The notes under the pieces were generated by a model. The model did not search any database. It was not told the origin of the DNA and worked only from the letters and a program-made list of their open reading frames with translations. A program made the translations under genes and the position numbers. A stretch of DNA of 32,000 bases from Candidatus Hermodarchaeota archaeon (GTDB lineage Archaea > Asgardarchaeota > Heimdallarchaeia > Hodarchaeales > Hodarchaeaceae), in the NCBI GenBank assembly GCA_048886185.1, contig JBHLKY010000007.1:60001-92000 (forward strand). Reading direction: 5' to 3'. Of this stretch, positions 17,267-26,686 are shown one piece after another. How positions within the stretch are numbered: the stretch's first letter is position 1; every line of letters starts with the position of its first letter.

Positions 17267-18136
17267 ATGTACGATTTCAATATTCATTCACCTTCAACCT
17301 TGAATGAAGCGCTGGAATTAAAAGCTACTCATGGAGTAGATATACATCCTTTTGCTGGAGGAACTGATGTCCTTGTTAGTCTGAGAAACAATCGGGTCGA
17401 TTGGGGTGAACGTCCCTCTCTTTTAAACCTGAATAAAATTCAATCACTTCGCTTTATCAAAGAGTCCTCTAAAACTGTTGAGATTGGTCCTCTTATGACT
17501 CATAGTGAGATATCTAAAAATCCGCTTATTCAAAAACATATTCCTGCTTTAGCCAAAGCAGTTTCATTTATTGGATCACCTCAAATTCGCAATCGAGGTA
17601 CTATTGCAGGTAACATATGTCATGGAAGTCCTGCTGCAGACTCGTTACCTATTTTATATTGTCGTGGTGCTGAAATTGAAGTTCAAACCCAGACCAACAT
17701 CACTTTGACTCCTATCGATGAATTTCATATTGGCCCAGGTGATATTAATATTGATGAATACGGATTAGTAACAAAAATAATTGTCCCTAAGCTTCCTTAT
17801 TACGTAAGTGATTATCTTACTCTTCGCCAACGTCAAGCTCTATCCTGCAATGTGGTATCAGTTGGAGTTGAAGCTCTTATATCTGACAATGGAAAAAAAA
17901 CTGAGGATATACGAATAGCTCTTGGTGCTGTTTCTCCTACAGTCGTTCGTGGAAAGAAGACTGAGAATCTTTTAACAAGCAAAATATTAACTGAAAGTTT
18001 GATTAATGTGGCTTCTAATCTAATTAAAACTGAATGTATTCCTATTGATGATGTTAGATCTAATAAAAATTATCGTCAAGCTATGACAGGGGTTTTATTG
18101 AATAGATTTCTTCACAATCTTCTAAGAAATACTTAA
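17267..18136 (+). CDS. Xanthine dehydrogenase family, FAD-binding subunit (module 1)
   Basis: PFAGGTDV, IGSPQIRNRGTIAGNICHGSPAADS, RIALGAVSPT and PIDDVRSNKNYR. Confidence 0.95.
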   Translation: MYDFNIHSPSTLNEALELKATHGVDIHPFAGGTDVLVSLRNNRVDWGERPSLLNLNKIQSLRFIKESSKTVEIGPLMTHSEISKNPLIQKHIPALAKAVSFIGSPQIRNRGTIAGNICHGSPAADSLPILYCRGAEIEVQTQTNITLTPIDEFHIGPGDINIDEYGLVTKIIVPKLPYYVSDYLTLRQRQALSCNVVSVGVEALISDNGKKTEDIRIALGAVSPTVVRGKKTENLLTSKILTESLINVASNLIKTECIPIDDVRSNKNYRQAMTGVLLNRFLHNLLRNT

Positions 18137-19956
18137 ACATCACTCTTTTTATTTTTCTCGGTTATGGGTAATTTAAAAACAAACTTGGCTCCGTGAGGTT
18201 TGATATCTTCTATCCAAATCTTGCTTTTATACGATTGAAGAATTTCTAGGCTTATTGAAAGGCCTAATCCGCTACCTACTTTATCCTCTGAGCCAATACT
18301 AACGAATGGTTTGAAAATTTCATCCTTGATTTCCTCGGGTACTCCAGGTCCATGATCACTGATACTACATACCCAAAAATGATCCTCCTTATTCACAGAG
18401 ATCTCAATTGCATCATCTGGAGGACTCCATTTTAAAGCGTTGTCTAAGAGATTATTAAAAACACTACGAAGACGGAGATCTGCAAGGGTGTAAATTTCGG
18501 GGTCTGAAGGCCAATTAACATTAAGATTCAAATTCTTGGCTTTAATTGCACTCTTAAAACTGGATATTACCTCGCTAATGGTTTCTTTCAAATTTATTAA
18601 GGACAGATCCTTAGGTTCCCCGAAAGTTCCCATTGTTTTCAGGTAGCTACGAACATCTGTTATGATTTCTTGCATTTGGTTTGCCTTGGCATCAATTCCA
18701 TCCAAAAATTCCTTTAATTCATCATATTTCTGAACCAGTGTTAATTCTTTTCTTAAAACATCAGTAAACCCTTGAATAACCATTAATTGATTTTTCATAT
18801 CATGAGAGATGACAGTTAATAGAGAATTTTTAAACTCAATACTCTTCCTAAGAAGCGTTTCAATTTCCTTTTCTAAAGAAATATTTTGCACAATGTAAAT
18901 GAAACCAATGGTTTCACCTTTATCGCGTAATGCTTGGAGTGTTATCCGAAAAAATTGATTTCGTGGTCGGGGTAGTTCAAATTCCATCTCAAATTGAATG
19001 GGTTCCTCAAGGATTTCTGTTAACGAATGTTCAATATGACGTATTCCATCGTGATATGGTTCCAACCTTTTTTCTGAATAGAGAATTGAGAACAGATCGC
19101 TTCCAATGATATTAGGACATTCTCTTTCAAATATGTACTGACAAGCTGGTTGATTTATCTCGATGATTCGATTATCTTTAGTTGTTGTAATTATACCAAT
19201 TTCTGCGAGATTAGTAATAATGAATTGATGTGCAAAAGGTACTATATCAAGAAAACTTATTTCGAATATAGCATATGTAAACACAATATAGGCAATTACA
19301 AATGATATAGGTGTTAGATCTATATCTATGGTTGGAATTAAATAGAATATTCGGATGATATTGCCTATAATAGGAGCCGTTGAACCAATTATTAAAACTA
19401 GAAGTTGTTTTTGGTATAGTGGGTTGGATTCTGATGATTTTATATATGTCTGAACTAGTAGATAATATCCAAATGCGAGAAGTAAGTATGAATAAACAAC
19501 ATTTGTGTAGAAGAGTAGTCCATAGGTTAAATCTAAGCTTGAACCAAAACTTGAAGATTGTACTCCAACTGATACATAAAAAAGGGAATGAGATTCGTTT
19601 GTTAGCAAGAAAAAATAGTGGACAAGAGAGGGGAAGAAGAGGAAGGCTAAAATTGGTTTGGATATAATTTCATGCCGATGGGTAAATGCCAGAATAAATA
19701 AAAGAAAAAAAGGAGGAAGAGTTAGAATCCCCAAGTATTGGATGAAATTCCAAAACATCATTGTCGCTTCATCAGTAGCAGCCAGCTCAAGAAAGTATCC
19801 AATACACCATAATACTGTACTTGCAACCATTGCCAAGAAATAAATGGCAACTCGAGATTTTTGGCGGTAATAAAGAGGGTAAAATAACAAAAATAGTGCA
19901 AGAATCGAAATTGTTCCCATTAATAACGCATATGGAGATAGTTCATAAGCCATCAA
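18133..19956 (-). CDS. Sensor histidine kinase: N-terminal 7TM domain, PAS-like domain, HisKA and HATPase
   Basis: About 7 TM helices with HisKA_7TM-like motifs (LWCIGYFLEL; DLTYGLLF; DLTPISF). H-box SHDMKNQL, N-box NNLLDNALKW, G1 DHGPGV, F-box IFKPF and G2 GSGLGL. Confidence 0.93.
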   Translation of the reverse strand: MMAYELSPYALLMGTISILALFLLFYPLYYRQKSRVAIYFLAMVASTVLWCIGYFLELAATDEATMMFWNFIQYLGILTLPPFFLLFILAFTHRHEIISKPILAFLFFPSLVHYFFLLTNESHSLFYVSVGVQSSSFGSSLDLTYGLLFYTNVVYSYLLLAFGYYLLVQTYIKSSESNPLYQKQLLVLIIGSTAPIIGNIIRIFYLIPTIDIDLTPISFVIAYIVFTYAIFEISFLDIVPFAHQFIITNLAEIGIITTTKDNRIIEINQPACQYIFERECPNIIGSDLFSILYSEKRLEPYHDGIRHIEHSLTEILEEPIQFEMEFELPRPRNQFFRITLQALRDKGETIGFIYIVQNISLEKEIETLLRKSIEFKNSLLTVISHDMKNQLMVIQGFTDVLRKELTLVQKYDELKEFLDGIDAKANQMQEIITDVRSYLKTMGTFGEPKDLSLINLKETISEVISSFKSAIKAKNLNLNVNWPSDPEIYTLADLRLRSVFNNLLDNALKWSPPDDAIEISVNKEDHFWVCSISDHGPGVPEEIKDEIFKPFVSIGSEDKVGSGLGLSISLEILQSYKSKIWIEDIKPHGAKFVFKLPITEKNKKSDV

Positions 19957-20193
19957 AGATACTCCTTTTTTTGGATATTATGGATTTTGGCAGAATTTTC
20001 TATTGGTAAATAAGTCTATTGAAGTAATATCAAATACTTTGCAAAATATTAATACTTCTAAATTGTTATTACTCTCTGTTATTAATCTTCCTCACATCTA
20101 AGACCATGATTTAAAAATTCCTCTAAGAATTATAATTTGGGGTGCAATATCGATTTTCTTGATTCAGGCAGTAATACCTTATTCTGTGTTATG

Positions 20194-22533
20194 TTAGTGC
20201 TTGTGTTCTTGGATTGATTTTAATACTCTATCAGGAGTATAAGGAGGTTCAGTTATACGAATACCAATTGCGTCATAAATAGCATTAGAAAGACATGGTA
20301 AAGGACCGCTAATATTTGGTTCTGCAATTGATTTTGCACCAAATGGCCCTGATGGCTCGTAAGTCTTTACAATAATGGTTTTTATTTCAGGTAAATCAAC
20401 TGTTGTCATAATCTTATAATTCCCGAATGAAGGATTTAACATCCTTCCCTGAGAATTAAAGTAATAACGTTCGCTTAAAGCATAGCCCAATCCGTTTACC
20501 AATGCGCCTTCAGTTTGGCCAATGACTAGTTTAGGATTTATTGGCGTTCCACAATCTATTGCTGCAACATATCTCAAAACTTTCACTTTTCCAGTCTCAA
20601 GGTCTACCTCTACTTCAGCAAAATGAGCGCAAAATGGGGGAGGTGATTTTCGTGCTAGTTCTGAAGCGATTGCACCAATCTGTTGTTGATTTTCAGTATA
20701 GAAGGCTTTTGTGCCTATTTCAGTAAAACTCAATGATGCTTTAGTTTTAGAGTGAAATACAGTCTTATTTCTTAGTTCAAGTTCATTAACGGGAAGATTC
20801 ATTAGTACTGCAGCATAATCAAGAATTTGTTGCTTTATCTTTTCAGCTACATTCTTAACAGCCATCCCAGATAGATAAGTCGTAGATGAGGCGTAAGCTC
20901 CTTTATCGAAAGGTGTAATATCAGTATCCGAAGAAAGAACAACGATATCCGTTCCAACATCAAGGTTTAAGACTTCTGCAAAAATTTGAGCTAAAACAGT
21001 ATCACTTCCAGTTCCAATATCTGTTGCTCCAACCATAAGATTGAATGAACCATCGTCATTCATTTTTGCGTAAGCGCCTGCCATGTCAATATAAGGGATC
21101 GCAGAGCCTTGCATAAGGCATATTAACCCAAAACCTCGTTTTTTCGTTTGAGTATTGTATTTTTTCTTATGTTCTTCACGAGACCACCATCCAATGGCAT
21201 CCGCCCCTTGTTTTATACAATCAGAAAGCCCACAAGAATCAATTGTTTGCGCATGGCCTTCAGTACCTTCACCAAGAGCTTTGAAAATGGGGGAGGTCTC
21301 ACCAGGTTTGATATGGTTCAATAACCTAAACTTGGCTGGATCCATACCAATTTTTCTAGCAAGTTCATCCATAACAATTTCTATTGCGAAAGCAGCTTGT
21401 GTTCCCCCATATCCTCTGTAGGCTCCTGCTACAGGTAAATTTGTGTAGACAGTATCACCAACAAAGCGGATGTTGTCACAGTGATATAATGGTAAGGTCT
21501 TGCCTCCAGTATTACTTAATACTGTTAATCCATGAGTTCCATATGCACCAGTATTACTAAGTACTTTCATATCTATAGCAGTAATTGTGCCATCTTTCTT
21601 GACCCCAGCCATCAATCTTATTGTCATTGGGTGACGTGTTCGGGCGGAAATAAATTCTTCTTTTCTTGTGTACTCTAATTTTACTGGTCTCTTTAATTGA
21701 AGTGTAAAGGAAGCAGCAATTATTTCTGTAATGATTTCTTGTTTTGCACCGAAACCTCCTCCTATTCGGGGCTTTATTACCCTTACCTTAGCAATTGGGA
21801 GATTCAAAACTTGAGCTATTATTCTTCTTGCATGGTATGGAACTTGAGTAGCTGACCGTACAACCAACCGATCATGTTCATCTAAATATGTAATTGAAAT
21901 ATGAGGTTCTAAAGGACATTGTTGGCCATAATGATTCCTAACTATACGATCTACAATATAATCAGCTTCAGTAAAACCTTGGGTAATATCCCCTACCTCG
22001 GCGTCTATGTGAGCTACATGATTGTTGGATGAATCATAAAAAACGGGAATAAGGTATTTAGAATCACCTTCATCATGAATCACAATTTTATTACCTAAGG
22101 CTTGATCCCAATCGAGAATAGGTTCTAATACTTTATATTTCACTTGAATGAGCTTTATAGCTTCTTCAGCTATCTTTAGTGATTCAGCCGCAACTGCAGC
22201 TACTCGATCTCCTACATATTTCACTTTTTTGTTGAATAAACGTGTATCATATGGACTTGGTTCGGGATATCCTTGGCCTGCAGTTGTGTGAAGGATCTGA
22301 GAGCAATTTTTGTGGGAGATTATTCCTAATACTCCTGGGTATTTTTCTGCTTCACTAGTGTCAATATCAGTAATTATAGCGTGAGCGTGCGGACTATATA
22401 GTAGTTTTACATGAACAACATCCTTAAAGTCCATATCATCCGTAAATAATGGTTTTCCCATCGCCAAACTGAGAGCATCAACTTTAGGAACGCTCTTGCC
22501 AATTATATTACCTTCAAAAATCTTTGGATCCAC
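20194..22533 (-). CDS. Xanthine dehydrogenase family, molybdopterin-binding subunit (module 2; E. coli XdhD/YgfN-like)
   Basis: TAGQGYPEPSPYD, QCPLEPH, IGGGFGAKQE, GAYRGYGGTQ, GATDIGTGSDT, AYASSTTY and GPFGAKSIAE. Confidence 0.94.
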   Translation of the reverse strand: MDPKIFEGNIIGKSVPKVDALSLAMGKPLFTDDMDFKDVVHVKLLYSPHAHAIITDIDTSEAEKYPGVLGIISHKNCSQILHTTAGQGYPEPSPYDTRLFNKKVKYVGDRVAAVAAESLKIAEEAIKLIQVKYKVLEPILDWDQALGNKIVIHDEGDSKYLIPVFYDSSNNHVAHIDAEVGDITQGFTEADYIVDRIVRNHYGQQCPLEPHISITYLDEHDRLVVRSATQVPYHARRIIAQVLNLPIAKVRVIKPRIGGGFGAKQEIITEIIAASFTLQLKRPVKLEYTRKEEFISARTRHPMTIRLMAGVKKDGTITAIDMKVLSNTGAYGTHGLTVLSNTGGKTLPLYHCDNIRFVGDTVYTNLPVAGAYRGYGGTQAAFAIEIVMDELARKIGMDPAKFRLLNHIKPGETSPIFKALGEGTEGHAQTIDSCGLSDCIKQGADAIGWWSREEHKKKYNTQTKKRGFGLICLMQGSAIPYIDMAGAYAKMNDDGSFNLMVGATDIGTGSDTVLAQIFAEVLNLDVGTDIVVLSSDTDITPFDKGAYASSTTYLSGMAVKNVAEKIKQQILDYAAVLMNLPVNELELRNKTVFHSKTKASLSFTEIGTKAFYTENQQQIGAIASELARKSPPPFCAHFAEVEVDLETGKVKVLRYVAAIDCGTPINPKLVIGQTEGALVNGLGYALSERYYFNSQGRMLNPSFGNYKIMTTVDLPEIKTIIVKTYEPSGPFGAKSIAEPNISGPLPCLSNAIYDAIGIRITEPPYTPDRVLKSIQEHKH

Positions 22534-23000
22534 TATTTTTCACCTCTCATAATTGCAGCAGCGTTAAGAACTGCTTTAAGTTGGCCAGAATATCCAGTGC
22601 ATCGACAAAGATTTCCATCTAGTGCTTGTTTCACTTCATCTTTGGTTGGGGAAGGATTTCTATCCAAAAGCGCTTTAGCACTAATTAAAATCCCAGGAAT
22701 ACAAAATCCACACTGTACTACTCCCTCATTAACAAAGGCTTGTTGAAGTGGATGGGGATTTTCACGAGTACCAATTCCTTCAATTGTAGTTATTGAACCT
22801 TCATGGGCTTGAGCCGCAAATAATATACATGATTTTACAGCTCTTCCGTTCAAAATAATGGTACAAGCTCCACATTCTCCTTCTGCACATCCTCTTTTTA
22901 CCCCTTTATATCCCTCTTTTCGTAAAACATCTATTAGGAGGTCATCTGATTCAATTACCAGAGTTTTGGTTTCACCATTAATAGTTATATTAATTTCCAT
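22533..23000 (-). CDS. Xanthine dehydrogenase family, 2x[2Fe-2S] subunit (module 2)
   Basis: GVKRGCAEGECGACT...KSC and QCGFCIPG...NLCRCTGY. Its TAG stop shares base 22533 with the GTG start of the next gene. Confidence 0.95.
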   Translation of the reverse strand: MEINITINGETKTLVIESDDLLIDVLRKEGYKGVKRGCAEGECGACTIILNGRAVKSCILFAAQAHEGSITTIEGIGTRENPHPLQQAFVNEGVVQCGFCIPGILISAKALLDRNPSPTKDEVKQALDGNLCRCTGYSGQLKAVLNAAAIMRGEK

Positions 23001-23009
23001 TGTTTTTTT

Positions 23010-23828
23010 TCAACCTTCTATCATTTCTTTCAGCATTCGCTTAAAAAACACACCTAAAAGATGTTCTCGATAAGCTTTTGAACACCTATAATCCGCTACT
23101 ATTTTTACTGATTTCCTTAAGGTTTTAACGGCGGCATCTGTATCCAAATTAGAAAGTAATTTCCCCTCAAGAAATTCCTCTACCTGACTCACTCTTTGAG
23201 CTTTAGTTATTCGAGAAACTGCAAGGTGAGGATCAATAATTCTTCCTTTTTCATTCTTTGCTGAAAAAGCCATTGTTAGCCATGAATAATCTACTTTAGT
23301 TGATGAAAACTTTTCATATCGACAAAAATAATCGTTTTGATAAGGAAAAATAACTTCTGTTATGATTTCTCCTTTCTTTAATTTATTGATCATAAAATAA
23401 TCGTTCGCAGTAACTTTTTTAGTTCCTTCTAGAGTTTTTATTTCAATTTCTGCATCTAACACAAGTAAAACGATTGGTAGACCCACCCAAGGAAAAGTTC
23501 CTGCAATATTCCCCCCGAAAGTGATAACATTACGAAGAGGAGTGTCTCCAATGAATTGGCATGCTTTCGTCAATATTCCATTACCAATTTCAGCTATTAT
23601 AGGTGATTCAATCATTTCAGTAATTGTAGTTGTACTACCCACTCGTATAAATTCTTGGTCTTTTTTTATATAATTCAGTCCTAATCGTGTAATATCAACA
23701 AAATTCGATATAGTTCGATTTTTTGAAGTAGTTAGATGAGTTCCACCTGCAACAATGACTGTAGACTCTTTTGAAAGCAGATTAAGTGCCTCTTCTAAGC
23801 TAGAAGGATAATAATATTCTTGGGTCAT
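23010..23828 (-). CDS. Xanthine dehydrogenase family, FAD-binding subunit (module 2; YgfM-like)
   Basis: YYYPSSLEEAL, IVAGGTHL, LRNVITFGGNI and ADYRCSKAYR. Confidence 0.9.
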   Translation of the reverse strand: MTQEYYYPSSLEEALNLLSKESTVIVAGGTHLTTSKNRTISNFVDITRLGLNYIKKDQEFIRVGSTTTITEMIESPIIAEIGNGILTKACQFIGDTPLRNVITFGGNIAGTFPWVGLPIVLLVLDAEIEIKTLEGTKKVTANDYFMINKLKKGEIITEVIFPYQNDYFCRYEKFSSTKVDYSWLTMAFSAKNEKGRIIDPHLAVSRITKAQRVSQVEEFLEGKLLSNLDTDAAVKTLRKSVKIVADYRCSKAYREHLLGVFFKRMLKEMIEG

Positions 23829-23831
23829 ATT

Positions 23832-24080
23832 CTATAAACCTCCGCCGAGCGGAATGGTAATCCAGAGATGATCACCATCTTGAAGCTCATAATCCATCGA
23901 TGTTCTTCTTCCATTAACAATGGGAATTAAATGATTCAATTCTTCCTTAAGGAAACCACTTTTTATAAGTAATAGCCTCACTGATAGCTCAGGATTAAGC
24001 TCAGTGAGTTTAATTTTTCGTTTTTTGCTCGGAAATGGATTTCGAACCGCAGCCATCAGTTCTATGGTTATTGAGATCAT
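23832..24080 (-). CDS. moaD: MoaD/ThiS/SAMP ubiquitin-like sulfur carrier, ending GGG-L
   Basis: 82 aa; IVNGRR...ELQDGDHLWITIPLGGGL; first gene of Mo-enzyme module 2. Confidence 0.82.
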   Translation of the reverse strand: MISITIELMAAVRNPFPSKKRKIKLTELNPELSVRLLLIKSGFLKEELNHLIPIVNGRRTSMDYELQDGDHLWITIPLGGGL

Positions 24081-24102
24081 GTTACATCGTTTTTACTTTA
24101 AT

Positions 24103-24129
24103 TTATGAAAGAGATAGCTTGTTTCATAA
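24103..24129. promoter_or_regulatory. Inverted repeat upstream of module 2 (candidate operator or leader hairpin)
   Basis: TTATGAAA-N11-TTTCATAA, 22 bp upstream of the moaD-like start. Confidence 0.35.
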
Positions 24130-24357
24130 GAAATTTTTTAATTTCTTTGCATCTTTATCACTCTGCCAAACTCTCTATATAAGTATAGTTTGCACCAAAA
24201 ATGAGAAATAATTTGTAAAAGGAGCGAAGAAGTAATTTTCGCGGCTTTTTGTAAAGAGTTTTTCATTAATAATTCCCAATTTTGGATGCAAGGTTAGTTA
24301 TATAAGAAACACTCTATTTCGTAAAGAATTTCTGGAGAATTTGATAAGATTCTTTTT

Positions 24358-24963
24358 TTATGTCTCTAAAAAAGATTTTAGCTTGATTAAATCTTCATGC
24401 TTGTCCACATCAAGAAGAATTTCTGGTGAATTAGTAGAGAGAAAGACTATATCATCTATAAACCTAGTAAGGATTTCTTTCATTCCTCTTTTTTCTTCTG
24501 AAATATTTTTAACATCTTCAAAAAGCTCTGAACTGATTAAAATAGGATGACCTTTTTGGTTCTGAAAGGTGGGGATAATTATACGAGAGATATGAGAATA
24601 AAAATAATCAATAAGTTGGTTAAAGACCTTAGAAGGGATTAAAGGTATATCAGCAGGAGTAATCAGAAGTGCATGGCTATCTAACGATAATTCTAACCCT
24701 CGACGGATGGAGGATGACATACCACCTTTTCTATAATCAGGATTAATCACAATATGAAGTGATTCATTAGATAGACCTTGAACTTTCTTACTGAAAAAAC
24801 CTGCTTCATGACCTAAAACTACTACTGTACGATCTACTCTTGAGGCCGTAATAGACTTTAGAAGAAATTCTAATATTGTGATATTCGGTTTGATTTCAAA
24901 TAGTAATTTATTTCCTTGGAATCGTTGAGATTCACCAGCAGCTAGTACAATACAGGTAATCAT
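24358..24963 (-). CDS. mocA: Molybdenum cofactor cytidylyltransferase (MocA-like nucleotidyltransferase)
   Basis: IVLAAGESQRFQGNKLL, NPDYRKGGMSSSI, LITPADIP, GHPILIS and LLDVD; adjacent to XDH-family genes, which use the MCD cofactor. Confidence 0.88.
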   Translation of the reverse strand: MITCIVLAAGESQRFQGNKLLFEIKPNITILEFLLKSITASRVDRTVVVLGHEAGFFSKKVQGLSNESLHIVINPDYRKGGMSSSIRRGLELSLDSHALLITPADIPLIPSKVFNQLIDYFYSHISRIIIPTFQNQKGHPILISSELFEDVKNISEEKRGMKEILTRFIDDIVFLSTNSPEILLDVDKHEDLIKLKSFLET

Positions 24964-25245
24964 GATAATAAAGTCTCCAGATATTTAACTTCTAGAAAAA
25001 TTAATTGTATTTTTTCCAAAGAAATTACATTTATAAACATTAGAAGTGTTAAAGATAGGTTTTAGAGTTATATTTGGTCACAAATTAACTAAATCAGCTG
25101 TTTCATTTAGATCAAATCAGGTAAGAGGAATTAAGATATTGAAGGCTATATGACTCTCTTCTCTCTTTTCTCTCTTTATAATTAGTATTTCATGATTCAC
25201 ATATTTTAATATTCAGAGTGATGTTTTTGTTGTTCTTCTTGTTGG

Positions 25246-26412
25246 TCATTCATTTTTTGATCCAAACGCGAGTGAAAGGATTTCTGTGATGTTTTCCCAT
25301 TCTTCGTCAATTTTTTCCCATGTTCGAAATTCTCTAAATAGTCGTTTACGAAAAGGAAGGATCATTTGAGACATTAATGAAAGTTTCTCGTGAGTTGGAT
25401 GCGCTAGGATTTCCCTTTCGATATTCTGAAGCGATTTTTCATCCCAATCTGGATATAATTTTCCAAGTTGTTCACCTAAAAATAAACCAAGCTCTAATCC
25501 CGTTAGAATCCCAGAACCACCTGAGGGGTTAACTTGTCCTGCAGCCTCACCAATAATAAAGCAATACTCTGAATAGATTTTCGATACTGGTCCACCCATG
25601 GGTATTGTTGTCTGAATTACGTCATAGAATCTCCAAATATGTATCTTTTTCTTGATTATAGGGCTTTTTAATACTACATTCCAGACTTCCCAATAATTTG
25701 GTAAGGGATCAATAGACACTTCTGGGAAAATAATAAACCCAAATTCAGCATTTTGTTGTCCGTGAGGAAAAATAAAACTTGTACCTGCTACATCTAAATT
25801 ATTATCAGAGAAAAACAGAAATTCCATATCATTTTCATCATATTCTCCAAAAAAGTGTCCTCTAATAATTGGACAAAGTGGAGTTGGTTGTGGTAAGTGC
25901 AGGAGCTGAGCTGTAATACTTTTTGCTCCTTCTGCTCCTACAATTACTCGTGAGGTTAAAGTGATTGATTTATTTTTTAACAGATCATTAATTACTAATT
26001 GTATTCGTCCATTTGGTAACGGTTCCAAGTTTATTACCTTAGAGTTTACTCTAAGAAATACATTATTCAAGACCACTTGTTTTGCTAGTTCATTTAGAAA
26101 AAGCCGGAAATCTATCCAAACTCTATTAATATCATCTTCTAGATGGAATGATTTATTTCCTGATGGAGAGTAATAATTTCTCCCAAAAGGCTTTATTTCA
26201 GTAACAAAAGCTTTTTTAGCTTGATCTTTGGGAAAGATTTTTGATAAAATTTCTGGCCGATAATGAATTGATTGTCCTTTTAGTTGATTCCCAAGAGTAG
26301 ATTGCTGTTCTACAATTAGGACTTTTTCTAGACCATTTCTTTTCGCTCCTAGTGCTGTTGCCAAACCAGCAGGACCAGCACCGATTATGATTAAATCAAA
26401 GTCATTAACCAT
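25246..26412 (-). CDS. Geranylgeranyl-reductase-family FAD-dependent oxidoreductase
   Basis: DLIIIGAGPAG, VIVGAEGAKS, FIFP and IIGEAAGQVNPSGGSGI. Confidence 0.82.
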   Translation of the reverse strand: MVNDFDLIIIGAGPAGLATALGAKRNGLEKVLIVEQQSTLGNQLKGQSIHYRPEILSKIFPKDQAKKAFVTEIKPFGRNYYSPSGNKSFHLEDDINRVWIDFRLFLNELAKQVVLNNVFLRVNSKVINLEPLPNGRIQLVINDLLKNKSITLTSRVIVGAEGAKSITAQLLHLPQPTPLCPIIRGHFFGEYDENDMEFLFFSDNNLDVAGTSFIFPHGQQNAEFGFIIFPEVSIDPLPNYWEVWNVVLKSPIIKKKIHIWRFYDVIQTTIPMGGPVSKIYSEYCFIIGEAAGQVNPSGGSGILTGLELGLFLGEQLGKLYPDWDEKSLQNIEREILAHPTHEKLSLMSQMILPFRKRLFREFRTWEKIDEEWENITEILSLAFGSKNE

Positions 26413-26686
26413 TTGTGATCGCTCATTTACTTGAAATTTTTATTGGATTTCTACAATTCTTAAAGGATTCTTAAGATCAAAGAAAGTTCTTTATTCTTCA
26501 ATGATCTTTCTGTATTTTATGTTATTAAAATGCTGTTATTTATACTTAAACTGGAATTTAATAGTTTTGTTCCAGTAGGAACTCTTCATTTTCAACAGAT
26601 AAACTGTTGGGAATAGAAAATAATATTAAATAAGAGTACTGATTGAGCGTATTACTATAAGATTTTTCATTAAAGGAGTTACCTTT

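Noticed and set aside
13685-23828. Aerobic CO dehydrogenase (coxLMS) call for either module
   Set aside because: The form I CoxL motif AYRCSFR and the form II motif AYRGAGR are both absent; the motifs here are AFRGFG and AYRGYG.
24081-24357. Moco/Wco riboswitch upstream of the moaD-like gene
   Set aside because: No multi-stem GC-containing structure was visible and the region is very AT-rich; a covariance-model search would be needed.
13685-24963. Selenocysteine or pyrrolysine recoding in the Mo-enzyme genes
   Set aside because: All subunits are full-length ORFs with no internal TGA/TAG. Labile-selenium dependence cannot be judged because no yqeB/yqeC/selD gene is in the window.
24964-25245. 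Small gene or ncRNA in the 282-bp gap, including a CT-rich tract near 25153-25177
   Set aside because: No ORF of 60 aa or more in the track and no convincing structure; compatible with promoter/terminator sequence.
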